64,000 nucleotides of DNA, taken from NCBI RefSeq assembly GCF_009914755.1, contig NC_060937.1, one strand, 5' to 3'. The DNA is from the human T2T-CHM13v2.0 reference genome, Homo sapiens. The position numbers were made by a program, and so were the translations under genes. Below are positions 30,401 to 47,800 of the stretch, piece after piece. The notes below the pieces were generated by a model, which had not been told where the DNA came from, searched no databases, and saw only the letters and a program-made list of their open reading frames with translations. Each line of letters starts with the position of its first letter. Position 1 is the stretch's first letter.

Positions 30401-33400
30401 GAAAGTACATCAAGTATAGATTATATACTGTACATAAAATACCAAAGTACCCCAAATATATATTTTATACTGTACATGAAATATCAAAGTTCTCAAACTA
30501 TATATTATATACTGCACATAAAATATCAAAGTACCCAAGGTATATATTCCATACTGTACAAAAAATATCAAAGTACCCAAAGCATATATTATATGCTGTA
30601 CATAAAATGTGAAAGTACATGAAATATATATTTTATTCTGTATATAAAATATCAAATTACACCAAATATATATTCTATACTGTACATAAAATATCAAGGT
30701 ACCCAAACTATACATTACATACTGTACATAAAATATGAAATTACATCAAATATATATTATATTAGGTACATAAAATATGAAAGTACATCAAATATAGATT
30801 CTATACTGTACATAAAATATCAAAGTACCCAAATATATATCATATACTGTACATGAAATATCAAAGTTCACAAACTATATATTATATACTGTACATAAAA
30901 TATCAAAGTACCCAAACTATACATTATATACTGTACATAAAATATGAAATTACATCAAATATATATTATATTAGGTATGTAAAATATGAAAGTACATCAA
31001 ATATAGATTATATACTGTACATAAAATACCAAAGTACCCCAAATATATATTTTATACTGTACATGAAATATCAAAGTTCTCAACCTATATATTATATACT
31101 GCACATAAAATATCAAAGTACCCAAGGTATATATTCCATACTGTACAAAAAATATCAAAGTACCCAAAGCATATATTATATGCTGTACATAAAATATGAA
31201 AGTACATCAAATATATATTTTATTCTGTACATAAAATATCAAAGTACACCAAATATATATTCTATACTGTACATAAAATATCAAGGTACCCAAACTATAC
31301 ATTACATACTGTACATAAAATATGAAATTACATCAAATATGTATTATATTAGGTACATAAAATATGAAAGTACATCAAATATAGATTATATACTGTACAT
31401 AAAATATCAAAGTACCCAAATATATATCATATACAGTACATGAAATATCAAAGTTCACAAACTATATATTATATACTGTACATAAAATATCAAAGTATCC
31501 AAACTATACATTATATACTGTACATAAAAGATGAAATTACATCAAATATATATTATATTAGGTATGTAAAATATGAAAGTACATCAAATATAGATTGTAT
31601 ACTGTACATAAAATACCAACGTACCCCAAATATATATTTTATACTGTACATGAAATATCAAACTTCTCAAACTATATATTATATACTGCACATAAAATAT
31701 CAAAGTTCCCAAGGTATATATTCCATACTGTACAAAAAATATCAAAGTACCCAAAGCATATATTATATGCTGTACATAAAATATGAAAGTACATGAAATA
31801 TATATTTTATTCTGTATATAAAATATCAAAGTACACCAAATATATATTCTATACTGTACATAAAATATCAAGGTACCCAAACTATACATTACATACTGTA
31901 CATAAAATATGAAATTACATCAAATATATATTATATTAGGTACATAAAATATGAAAGTACATCAAATATAGATTCTATACTGTACATAAAATATCAAAGT
32001 ACCCAAATATATATCATATACTGTACATGAAATATCAAAGTTCACAAACTATATATTATATACTGTACATAAAATATCAAAGTACCCAAACTATACATCA
32101 TATACTGTACATAAAATATGAAATTACATCAAATATATATTATATTAGGTATGTAAAATATGAAAGTACATCAAATATAGATTATATACTGTACATAAAA
32201 TACCAAAGTACCGCAAATATATATTTTATTCTCTACATGAAATATCAAAGTTCTCAAACTATATATTATATACTGCACGTAAAATATCAAAGTACCCAAG
32301 GTATATATTCCATACTGTACAAAAAATATCAAAGTACCCAAAGCATATATTATATGCTGTACATAAAATATGAAAGTACATCAAATATATATTTTATTCT
32401 GTACATAAAATATCAAAGTACACTAAATATATATTCTATACTGTACATAAAATATCAAGGTACCCAAACTATACATTATATACTGTACCTAGAATATGAA
32501 ATTACATCAAATATACATTATATTAGGTACATAAAATATGAAAGTACATCAAATATAGATTATATACTGTACATAAAATATCAAAGTACCCAAATATATA
32601 TCATATACTGTACATGAAATATCAAAGTTTACAAACTATATATTATATACTGTACATAAAATATCAAAGTATCCTAACTATACATTATATACTGTACATA
32701 AAATATGAAATTACATCAAATATATATTATATTAGGTATGTAAAATATGAAAGTACATCAAATATAGATTATATACTGTATATAAAATACCAAAGTACCC
32801 CAAATATATATTTTATACTGTACATGAAATATCAAAGTTCTCAAACTATATATTATATACTGCACATAAAATATCAAAGTACCCAAGGTATATATTCCAT
32901 ACTGTACAAAAAATATCAAAGTACCCAAAGCATATATTATATGCTGTACATAAAATATGAAAGTACATCAAATATATATTTTATTCTGTACATAAAATAT
33001 CAAAGTACACTAAATATATATTCTATACTGTACATAAAATATCAAGGTACCCAAACTATACATTATATACTGTACCTAGAATATGAAATTACATCAAATA
33101 TATATTATATTAGGTACATAAAATATGAAAGTACCTCAAATATAGATTATATACTGTACATAAAATATCAAAGTACCCAAATATATATCATATACTGTTC
33201 ATGAAATATGAAAGTTCACAAACTATATATTATATACTGTACATAAAATATCAAAGTACCCAAACTATACATTATATACTGTACATAAAATATGAAATTA
33301 CATCAAATATATATTATATTAGGTATGTAAAATATGAAAGTACATCAAATATAGATTATATACTGTACATAAAATACCAAAGTACCCCAAATATATATTT

Positions 33401-33787
33401 TATACTGTACATGAAATATCAAAGTTCTCAAACTATATATTATATACTGCACATAAAATATCAAAGTACCCAAGGTATATATTCCATACTGTACAAAAAA
33501 TATCAAAGTACCCAAAGCATATATTATATGCTGTACATAAAATATGAAAGTACATCAAATATATATTTTATTCTGTACATAAAATATCAAAGTACACCAA
33601 ATATATATTCTATACTGTACATAAAATATCAAGGTACCCAAAATATACATTATATACTGTACATAAAATATGAAATTACATCAAATATATATTATATTAG
33701 GTACATAAAATATGAAAGTACATCAAATATAGTTTATATACTGTACATAAAATATCAAAGTACCCAAATATATATAATATACTGTAC
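21461..33787. repeat. 587-bp 14-mer HOR domain, block 2 (21 units)
   Basis: Exact 587-bp stepping from 21461 to 33788 (22048, 22635, 23222 ... 32614, 33201). Confidence 0.93.
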
Positions 33788-35886
33788 ATGAAATATCAAA
33801 GTTCACAAACTATATATTATATACTGTACACAAAATATCAAAGTATCCAAGGTATATATTCTATACTGTACAAAAAATATCAAAGTACCCAAATCATGTA
33901 TTATATACTGTACATAAAATATGAAAGTAAATCAAATATATATTTTATTCTGTACATAAAATATCAAAGTACACCAGATATATATTTTATTGTGTACATA
34001 AAATATCAAAGTACCCAAACTATACATTATATACTGTACATAAAATATGAAATTACATCAAATATATATTATATTAGGTACATAAAATATGAAAGTACAT
34101 CAAATATAGATTATATACTGTATATAAAATATCAAAGTACCCCAAATATATATTATATACTGTACATGAAATATCAAAGAACCCAAGGTATATATTCTAT
34201 ACTGTAGAAAAAATATCAAAGTACCAAAAGCATGTATTATATACTGTGCATAAAATATGAAAATACATCAAATACATATTTTATTATGTACAAAAAATAT
34301 CAAAGTACACCAGATATATATTTTATAGTGTACATAAAATATCAAAGTACCTAAAGTATACATCATATACTGTACATAAAATATGAAATTACATCAAATA
34401 TATATTATATTTGGTACGTAAAATATGAAAATACATCAAATATAGATTATATACTGTACATAAAATATCAAAGTACCCCAAATATATATTATATACTGTA
34501 CATGAAATATCAAAGTTCACAAACTATATATTATATACTGTACATAAAATATCAAAGTACCCAATGTATATATTCTATACTGTACAAAAAATATCAAAGT
34601 ACCCAAAGCATGTATTATATACTGTACATAAAATATGAAAGTACATCAAATATATATTTTATTCTGAACATAAAATATCAAAGTACAACAGATATATATT
34701 TTATAGTGTAGATAAAATATCAAAGTACTCAAACTATACATTATATACTGTACATAAAATATGAAATTACATCAAATATATATTATATTAGGTACATAAA
34801 ATATGAAAGTACATCAAATATAGATTATATACTGTACATAAAATATCAAAGTACCCCAAATATATATTATATACTCTACATGAAATATCAAACTTCAGAA
34901 TCTATATATTATATACTGTAGAGAAAATATTAAAGTACCCAACGTATATATTCTATACTGTACAAAAAATATCAAAGTATGCAAAGCATGTATTATATAC
35001 TGTACATAAAATATGAAAGTACATCAAATATATATTTTATTCTGTACATAAAATATCAAAGTACACCAGATATATATTTTATCGTGTACATAAAATATCA
35101 AAGTACCCAAACTATACATTATATACTGTACATAAAATATGAAATTACATCAAATATATATTATATTAGGTACATAAAATATGAAAGTAGATCAAATATA
35201 GATTATTAACTGTACATAAAATATCAAAGAACCCCAAATATATATTATATACTGTACATGAAATATCAAACTTCACAAACTATATATTATATACTGTACA
35301 TAAAATATCAAAGTACCGAAGGTATATATTCTATACTGTACAAAAAATATCAAAGTACCCAAAGCATGTATTATATACTGTACATAAAATATGAAAGTAC
35401 ATCAAATATATATTTTATTCTGTACATATAATATCAAAGTACACCAGATATATATTTTATAGTGTACATAAAATATCAAAGTACCCAAACTATACATTAT
35501 ATACTCCACATAAAATATGAAATTACATCAAATATATATTATATTAGGTACATAAAATATGAAAGTACATCAAATATAGATTATATACTGTACATAAAAT
35601 ATAAAAGAACCCCAAATATATATTATATACTGTACTTGAAATATCAAACTTCACAAACTATATATTATATACTGTACATAAAATATCAAAGTACCCAAGG
35701 TATATATTCTATACTGTACAAAAAATATCAAAGTACAAAACGCATGTATTATATACTGTACATAAAATATGAAAGTACATCAAATATATATTATATTAGG
35801 TACATAAAATATGAAAGTACATCAAATATAGATTATATACTGTACATAAAATATCAAAGTACCCAAATATATATCATATACTGTAC
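33788..35886. repeat. Diverged 9-mer HOR island, copy 2
   Basis: Units at 33788, 34166 (336), 34502, 34880, 35258 and 35636 (251 bp). Shares private variants with 15210-17434 at offset 18578 (e.g. CTTCAGAATCT, GTAGAGAAAATATT, GATTATTAAC). Confidence 0.9.
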
Positions 35887-38800
35887 ATGTAATATCAAGT
35901 TACCCAAACTATACATTACATACTGTACATAAAATATGAAATTACATCAAATATATATTATATTAGGTACATAAAATATGAAATTACATCAAATATATAT
36001 TAAATTAGGTATGTAAAATATGAAAGTACATCAAATATAGATTATATACTGTACATAAAATACCAAAGTACCCCAAATATATATTTTATACTGTACATGA
36101 AATATCAATGTTCTCAAACTCTATATTATATACTGCACATAAAATATCAAAGTACCCAAGGTATATATTCCATACTGTACATAAAATATCAAAGTACCCA
36201 AAGCATATATTATATGCTGTCCATAAAATATGAAAGTATATCAAATATATATTTTATTCTGTACATAAAATATCAAAGTACACCAAATATATATTCTATA
36301 CTGTACATAAAATATCAAGGTACCCAATCTATACATTATATACTGTACATAAAATATGAAATTACATCAAATATATATTATATTAGGTACATAAAATATG
36401 AAAGTACATCAAATATAGATTCTATACTGTACATAAAATATCAAAGTACCCAAATATATATCATATACTGTACATGAAATATCAAAGTTCACAAACTATA
36501 CGTTATATACTGTACATGAAATATGAAATTACATCAAATATATATTTTAGTAGGTATGTAAAATATGAAAGTACATCAAATATAGATTATATAGTGTACA
36601 TAAAATACCAAAGTACCCCAAATATATATTTTATACTGTACATGAAATATCAAGGTACCCAAACTATACATTATATACTGTACATAAAATATGAAATTAC
36701 ATCAAATTGAGATTATATTAGGTACATAAAATATGAAATTACATCAAATATATATTATATTAGGTATGTAAAATATGAAAGTACATCAAATATAGATTAT
36801 ATACTGTACATAAAATACCAAAGTACCCCAAATATATATTTTATACTGTACATGAAATATCAACGTTCTCAAACTATATATTATATACTGCACATAAAAT
36901 ATCAAAGTACCCAAGCTATATATTCCATACTGTACAAAAAATATCAAAGTACCCAAAGCATATATTATATGCTACACATAAAATATGAAAGTACATCAAA
37001 TATATATTTTATTCTGTACATAAAATATCAAAGTACACCAAATATATATTCTATACTGTACATAAAATATCAAGGTACCCAAACTATACATTATATTCTG
37101 TACATAAAATATGAAATTACATCAAATATATATTATATTAGGTACATAAAATATGAAAGTACATCAAATATAGATTATATACTGTACATAAAATATCAAA
37201 GTACCCAAATATATATCATATACTGTACATGAAATATCAAAGTTCACAAACTATATATTATATACAGTACATAAAATATCAAAGTACCCAAACTATACAT
37301 TATATACTGTACATAAAATATGAAATTGCATCAAATATATATTATATTAGGTATGTAAAATATGAAAGTACATCAAATATAGATTATATACTGTACATAA
37401 AATACCAAAGTACCACAAATATATATTTTATACTGTACATGAAATATCAAAGTTCTCAAACTATATATTATATACTGCACATAAAATATCAAAGTACCCA
37501 AGGTATATATTCCATACTGTACAAAAAATATCAAAGTACCCAAAGCATATATTATATGCTTTACATAAAATATGAAAGTACATGAAATATATATTTTATT
37601 CTCTACATAAAATATCAAAGTACACCAAATATATATTCTATACTGTATATAAAATATCAAGGTACCCAAACTATACATTATATACTGTACATAAAATATG
37701 AAATTACATCAAATATATATTATATTAGGTACATAAAATATGAAAGTACATCAAATATAGATTATATACTGTATATAAAATATCAAAGTACCCAAATATA
37801 TACCATATACTGTACATGAAATATCAAAGTTCACAAACTATATATTATATACTGTACATAAAATATCAAAGTACCCAAACTATACATTATATACTGTACA
37901 TAAAATATGAAATTACATCAAATATTTATTTTATTAGGTATGTAAAATATGAAAGTACATCAAATATAGATTATATACTGTACATAAAATACCAAAGTAC
38001 CCCAAATATATATTTTATACTGTACATGAAATATCAAAGTTCTCAAACTATATATTATATAGTGCACATAAAATATCAAAGTACCCAAGATATATATTCC
38101 ATACTGTACAAAAATTATCAAAGTACCCAAAGCATATATTATATGCTGTACATAAAATATGAATGTACATCAAATATATATTTTATTCTGTACATAAAAT
38201 ATCAAAGTACACCAAATATATATTCTATACTGTACATAAAATATCAAGGTACCCAAACTATACATTATATACTATACATAAGATATGAAATTACATCAAA
38301 TATATATTATATTAGGTACATAAAATATGAAAGTACATCAAATATAGATTCTATACTGTACATAAAATATCAAAGTACCCAAATATATATCATATACTGT
38401 ACATGAAATATCAAAGTTCACAAACTATATATTATATACCGTACATAAAATATCAAAGTACCCAAACTATACATTATATACTGTACATAAAATATGAAAT
38501 TACATCAAATATATATTTTATTAGGTATGTAAAATATGAAAGTACATCAAATATAGATTATATACTGTACATAAAATACCAAAGTACCCCAAATATATAT
38601 TTTATACTGTACATGAAATATCAAAGTTCTCAAACTATATATTATACACTGCACATAAAATATCAACGTACCCAAGGTATATATTCCATACTGTACAAAA
38701 ATTATCAAAGTACCCAAAGCATATATTATATGCTGTACATAAAATATGAAAGTACATCAAATATATATTTTATTCTGTACATAAAATATCAAAGTACACC

Positions 38801-41800
38801 AAATATATATTCTATACTGTACATAAAATATCAAGGTACCCAAACTATACATTATATACTGTACATAAGATATGAAATTACATCAAATATATATTATATT
38901 AGGTACATAAAATATGAAAGTACATCAAATATAGATTATATACTGTACATAAAATATCAAAGTACCCAAATATATATCATATACTGTACATGAAATATCA
39001 AAGTTCACAAACTATATATTATATACTGTACATAAAATATCAAAGTACCCAAACTATACATTATATACTGTACATAAAATATGAAATTACATCAAATATA
39101 TATTTTATTAGGTATGTAAAATATGAAAGTACATCAAATATAGATTATATACTGTACATAAAATACCAAACTACCCCAAATATATATTTTATACTGTACA
39201 TGAAATATCAAAGTTCTCAAACTATATATTATATACTGCACATAAAATATCAAAGTACCCAAGGTATATATTCCATACTGTACAAAAAATATCAAAGTAC
39301 CCAAAGCATATATTATATGCTGTACATAAAATATGAAAGTACATGAAATATATATTTTATTCTGTACATAAAATATCAAAGTACACCAAATATATATTCT
39401 ATACTGTACATAAAATATCAAGGTACCCAAACTATACATTATATACTGTACATAAAATATGAAATTACATCAAATATATATTATATTAGGTACATAAAAT
39501 ATGAAAGTACATCAAATATAGCTTATATACTGTACATAAAATATCAAAGTACCCAAATATATATCATATACTGTACATGAAATATCAAAGTTCACAAACT
39601 ATATATTATATACTGTACATAAAATATCAAAGTACCCAAACTATACATTATATACTGTACATAAAATATGAAATTACATCAAATATATATTATATTAGGT
39701 ATGAAAATATGAAAGTACATCAAATATAGATTATATACTGTACATAAAATACCAAAGTACCCCAAATATATATTTTATACTGTACATGAAATATCAAAGT
39801 TCTCAAACTATATATTATATACTGCACATAAAATATCAAAGTACCCAAGGTATATATTCCATACTGTACAAAAAATATCAAAGTACCCAAAGCATATATT
39901 ATATGCTGTACATAAAATATGAAAGTACATCAAATATAGATTATATACTGTACATAAAATATCAAAGTACACCAAATATATATTCTATACTGTACATAAA
40001 ATATCAAGGTACCCAAACTATACATTATATACTGTACATAAGATATGAAATTACATCAAATATATATTATATTAGGTACATAAAATATGAAAGTACATCA
40101 AATATAGATTATATACTGTACATAAAATCTCAAAGTACCCAAATATATATCATATACTGTACATGAAATATCAAAGTTCACAAACTATATATTATATACT
40201 GTACATAAAATATCAAAGTACCCATACTATACATTATATACTGTACATAAAATATGAAATTACATCAAATATATATTTTATTAGGTATGTAAAATATGAA
40301 AGTACATCAAATATAGATTATATACTGTACATAAAATACCAAAGTACCCCAAATATATATTTTATACTGTACATGAAATATCAAAGTTCTCAAACTATAT
40401 ATTATATACTGCACATAAAATATCAAAGTACCCAAGGTATATATTCCATACTGTACAAAAAATATCAAAGTACCCATAGCATATATTATATGCTGTACAT
40501 AAAATATGAAAGTACATCAAGTATATATTTTATTCTGTACATAAAATATCAAAGTACACCAAGTATATATTCTATACTGTACATAAAATATCAAGGTACC
40601 CAAACTATACATTATATACTGTATATAAGATATGAAATTACATCAAATATATATTATATTATGTACGTAAAATATGAAAGTACATCAAATATAGCTTATA
40701 TACTGTACATAAAATATCAAAGTACCCAAATATATATCATATACTGTACATGAAATATCAAAGTTCACACACTATATATTATATACTGTACATAAAATAT
40801 CAAAGTACCCAAACTATACATTATATACTGTACATAAAATATGAAATTACATCAAATATATATTTTATTAGGTATGTAAAATATGAAAGTACATCAAATA
40901 TAGATTATATACTGTACATAAAATACCAAAGTACCCCAAATATATATTTTATACTGTACATGAAATATCAAAGTTCTCAAACTATATATTATATACTGCA
41001 CATAAAATATCAAAGTACCCAAGGTATATATTCCATACTGTACAAAAAATATCAAAGTACCCAAAGCATATATTATATGCTGTACATAAAATATGAAAGT
41101 AAATGAAATATATATTTTATTCTCTACATAAAATATCAAAGTACACCAAATATATATTCTATACTGTAAATAAAATGTCAAGTTACCCAAAGTATACATT
41201 ATATACTGTACATAAAATATGAAATTACATCAAATATATATTATATTAGGTACATAAAATATGAAAGTACATCAAATATAGATTATATACTGTACATAAA
41301 ATATCAAAGTACCCAAATATATATCATATACTGTACATGAAATATCAAAGTTCACAAACTATATATTATATACTGTACATAAAATATCAAAGTACCCAAA
41401 CTATACATTATATACTGTACATAAAATATGAAATTACATCAAATATATATTTTATTAGGTATGTAAAATATGAAAGTACATCAAATATAGATTATATACT
41501 GTACATAAAATACCAAAGTACCCCAAAAATATATTTTATACTGTACATGAAATATCAAAGTTCTCAAACTATATATTATATACTGCACATAAAATATCAA
41601 AGTACCCAAGCTATATATTCCATACTGTACAAAAAATATCAAAGTACCCAAAGCATATATTATATGCTGTACATAAAATATGAAAGTACATCAAATATAT
41701 ATTTTATTCTGTACATAAAATATCAAAGTGCACCAAATATATATTCTATACTGTACATAAAATATCAAGGTACCCAAACTATACATTATATACTGTACAT

Positions 41801-44800
41801 AAAATATGAAATTACATCAAATATATATTATATTAGGTACATAAAATATGAAAGTACATCAAATATAGATTATATACTGTACATAAAATATCAAAGTACC
41901 CAAATATATATCATATACTGTACATGAAATATCAAAGTTCACAAACTATATATTATATACTGTACATAAAATATCAAAGTACCCAAAGTATACATTATAT
42001 ACTGTACATAAAATATGAAATTACATCAAATATATATTATATTAGGTATGTAAAATATGAAAGTACATCAAATATAGATTATATACTGTACATAAAATAC
42101 CAAAGTACCCCAAATATATATTTTATACTGTACATGAAATATCAAAGTTCTCAAAATATATATTATATACTGCACATAAAATATCAAAGTACCCAAGGTA
42201 TATATTCCATACTGTACAAAAAATATCAAAGTACCCAAAGCATATATTATATGCTGTACATAAAATATGAAAGTACATCAAATATATATTTTATTCTGTA
42301 CATAAAATATCAAAGTACACCAAATACATATTCTAAACTGCACATAAAATATAAAGGTACCCAAACTATACATTATATACTGTACATAAAATATGAAATT
42401 ACATCAAATATATATTATATTAGGTACATAAAATATGAAAGTACATCAAATATAGATTATATACTGTACATAAAATATCAAAGTACCCAAATATATATCA
42501 TATACTGTACATGAAATATCAGTTCACAAACTATATATTATATACCGTACATAAAATATAAAAGTACCCAAACTATACATTATATACTGTACATAAAATA
42601 TGAAATTACATCAAATATATATTTTATTAGGTATGTAAAATATGAAAGTACATCAAATATAGATTATATACTGTACATAAAATACCAAAGTACCCCAAAT
42701 ATATATTTTATACTGTACATGAAATATCAAAGTTCTCAAACTATATATTATATACTGCACATAAAATATCAACGTACCCAAGGTATATATTCCATACTGT
42801 ACAAAAAATATCAAAGTACCCAAAGCATATATTATATTCTGTACATAAAATATGAAAGTACATCAAATATATATTTTATTCTGTACATAAAATTTCAAAG
42901 TACACCAAATATATATTCTATACTGTACATAAAATATCAAGGTACCCAAACTATACATTATATACTGTACATAAAATATGAAATTACATCAAATATATAT
43001 TATATTAGGTACATAAAATATGAAAGTACATCAAATATAGATTATATACTGTACATAAAATATCAAAGTACCCAAATATATATCATATACTGTACATGAA
43101 ATATCAAAGTTCACAAACTATATATTATATACTGTACATAAAATATCAAAGTACCCAAACTATACATTATATACTGTACATAAAATATGAAATTACATCA
43201 AATATATATTTTATTAGGTATGTAAAATATGAAAGTACATCAAATATAGATTATATACTGTACATAAAATACCAAACTACCCCAAATATATATTTTATAC
43301 TGTACATGAAATATCAAAGTTCTCAAACTATATATTATATACTGCACATAAAATATCAAAGTACCCAAGGTATATATTCCATACTGTACAAAAATTATCA
43401 AAGTACCCAAAGCATATATTATATGCTGTACATAAAATATGAAAGTACATCAAATATATATTTTATTCTGTACATAAAATATCAAAGTACACCAAATATA
43501 TATTCTATACTGTACATAAAATATCAAGGTACCCAAACTATACATTATATACTGTACATAATATATGAAATTACATCAAATATATATTATATTAGGTACA
43601 TAAAATATGAAAGTACATCAAATATAGATTATATACTGTACATAAAATATCAAAGTACCCAAATATATATCATATACTGTACATGAAATATCAAAGTTCA
43701 CAAACTATATATTATATACTGTACATAAAATATCAAAGTACCCAAACTATACATTATATACTGTACATAAAATCTGAAATTACATCAAATATATATTATA
43801 TTAGGTATGTAAAATATGAAAGTACATCAAATATAGATTGTATACTGTACATAAAATACCAAAGTACCCCAAATATATATTTTATACTGTACATGAAATA
43901 TCAAAGTTCTCAAACTATATATTATATACTGCACATAAAATATCAAAGTACCCAAGCTATATATTCCATACTGTACAAAAAATATCAAAGTACCCAAAGC
44001 ATATATTATATGCTGTACATAAAATATGAAAGTACATCAAATATATATTTTATTCTGTACATAAAATATCAAAGTACACCAAATATATATTCTATACTGT
44101 ACATAAAATATCAACGTACCCAAACTATACATTTTATACTGTACATAAAATATGAAATTACATCAAATATATATTATATTAGGTACATAAAATATGAAAG
44201 TACATCAAATATAGATTATACACTGTACATAAAATATCAAAGTACCCAAATATATATCATATACTTTACATGAAATATCAAAGTTCACAAACTATATATT
44301 ATATACTGTACATAAAATATCAAAGTACCCAAACTATACATTATATACTGTACATAAAAGATGAAATTACATCAAATATATATTATATTAGGTATGTAAA
44401 ATATGAGAGTACATCAAATATAGATTATATACTGTACATAAAATACCAAAGTACCCCAAATATATATTTTATACTGTACATGAAATATCAAAGTTCTCAA
44501 ACTATATATTATATACTGCACATAAAATATCAAAGTACCCAAGGTATATATTCCATACTGTACAAAAAATATCAAAGTACCCAAAGCATATATTATATGC
44601 TGTACATAAAATATGAAAGTACATCAAATATATATTTTATTCTGTACATAAAATATCAAAGTACACCAAATATATATTCTATACTGTACATAAAATATCA
44701 AGGTACCCAAACTATACATTATATACTGTACATAAAATATGAAATTACATCAAATATATATTATATTAGGTACATAAAATATGAAAGTACATCAAATATA

Positions 44801-47800
44801 GATTATATACTGTACATAAAATATCAAAGTACCCAAATAAATATCATATACTGTACATGAAATATCAAAGTTCACAAACTATATATTATATACTGTACAT
44901 AAAATATCAAAGTACCCAAACTATACATTATATACTGTACATAAAATATGAAATTACATCAAATATATATTTTATTAGGTATGTAAAATATGAAAGTACA
45001 TCAAATATAGATTATATACTGTACATAAAATACCAAACTACCCCAAATATATATTTTATACTGTACATGAAATATCAAAGTTCTCAAACTATATATTATA
45101 TACTGCACATAAAATATCAAAGTACCCAAGGTATATATTCCATACTGTACAAAAAATATCAAAGTACCCAAAGCATATATTATATGCTGTACATAAAATA
45201 TGAAAGTACATCAAATATATATTTTATTTTGTACATACAATATCAAAGTACACCAAATATATATTCTATAATGTACATAAAATATCAAGGTACGCAAACT
45301 ATACATTATATACTGTACATAAAATATGAAATTACATCAAATATATATTATATTAGGTACATAAAATATGAAAGTACATCAAATATAGATTCTATACTGT
45401 ACATAAAATATCAAAGTACCCAAATATATATCATATACTGTACATGAAATATGAAAGTTCACAAACTATATATTATATACTGTACATAAAATATCAAAGT
45501 ACCCAAACTATACGTTATATACTGAACATAAAATATGAAATTACATCAAATATATATTATATTAGGTATGTAAAATATGAAAGTACATCAAATATAGATT
45601 ATATACTGTACATAATATACCAAAGTACCCCAAATATATATTTTATACTGTACATGAAATATCAAAGTTCTCAAACTGTATATTATATAGTGCACATAAA
45701 ATATCAAAGTACCCAAGGTATATATTCCATACTGTACAAAAAATATCAAAGTACCCAAAGCATATATTATTTGCTGAACATAAAATATGAAAGTTCATCA
45801 AATATATATTTTATTCTGTACATAAAATATCAAAGTACACCAAATATATATTCTATACTGTACATAAAATATCAAGGTACCCAAACTATACATTATATAC
45901 TGTACAAAATAAATGAAATTACATCAAATATATATTATATTAGGTACATAAAATATGAAAGTACATCAAATATAGATTATATACTGTACATAAAATATCA
46001 AAGTACCCAAATATATATCATATACTGTACATGAAATATCAAAGTTCACAAACTATATATTATATACTGTACATAAAATATCAAAGTACCCAAACTATAC
46101 ATTATATACTGTACATAAAATATGAAATTACATCAAATATATATTTTATTAGGTATGTAAAATATGAAAGTACATCAAATATAGATTATATACTGTACAT
46201 AAAATACCAAAGTACCCCAAATATATATTTAATTCTGTACATGAAATATCAAAGTTCTCAAACTGTATATTATATACTGCACATAAAATATCAAAGTACC
46301 CAAGGTATATATTCCATACTGTACAAAAAATATCAAAGTACCCAAAGCATATATTATATGCTGTACATAAAATATGAATGTACATCAAATATATATTTTA
46401 TTCTGTACATAAAATATCAAAGTACACCAAATATATATTCTATACTGTACATAAAATATCAAGGTACCCAAACTATACATTATATACTGTACATAAAAAA
46501 CGAAATTACATCAAATATATATTATATTAGGTACATAAAATATGAAAGTACATCAAATATAGATTATATACTGTACATAAAATATCAAAGTACCCAAATA
46601 TATATCATATACTGTACATGAAATATCAAAGTTCACAAACTATATATTATATACTGTACATAAAATATCAAAGTACCCACACTATACATTATATACTGTA
46701 CATAAAATATGAAATTACATCAAATATATATTATATTAGGTATGTAAAATATGAAAGTACATCAAATATAGATTATATACTGTACATAAAATACCAAAGT
46801 ACCCCAAATATATATTTTATACTGTACATGAAATATCAAAGTTCTCAAAATATATATTATATACTGCACATAAAATATCAAAGTACCCAAGGTATATATT
46901 CCATACTGTACAAAAAATATCAAAGTACCCAAAGCATATATTATATGCTGTACATAAAATATGAAAGTACATCAAATATATATTTTATTCTGTACATAAA
47001 ATATCAAAGTACACCAAATACATATTCTAAACTGCACATAAAATATAAAGGTACCCAAACTATACATTATATACTGTACATAAAATATGAAATTACATCA
47101 AATATATATTATATTAGGTACATAAAATATGAAAGTACATCAAATATAGATTATATACTGTACATAAAATATCAAAGTACCCAAATATATATCATATACT
47201 GTACATGAAATATCAGTTCACAAACTATATATTATATACCGTACATAAAATATAAAAGTACCCAAACTATACATTATATACTGTACATAAAATATGAAAT
47301 TACATCAAATATATATTTTATTAGGTATGTAAAATATGAAAGTACATCAAATATAGATTATATACTGTACATAAAATACCAAAGTACCCCAAATATATAT
47401 TTTATACTGTACATGAAATATCAAAGTTCTCAAACTATATATTATATACTGCACATAAAATATCAACGTACCCAAGGTATATATTCCATACTGTACAAAA
47501 AATATCAAAGTACCCAAAGCATATATTATATTCTGTACATAAAATATGAAAGTACATCAAATATATATTTTATTCTGTACATAAAATTTCAAAGTACACC
47601 AAATATATATTCTATACTGTACATAAAATATCAAGGTACCCAAACTATACATTATATACTGTACATAAAATATGAAATTACATCAAATATATATTATATT
47701 AGGTACATAAAATATGAAAGTACATCAAATATAGATTATATACTGTACATAAAATATCAAAGTACCCAAATATATATCATATACTGTACATGAAATATCA

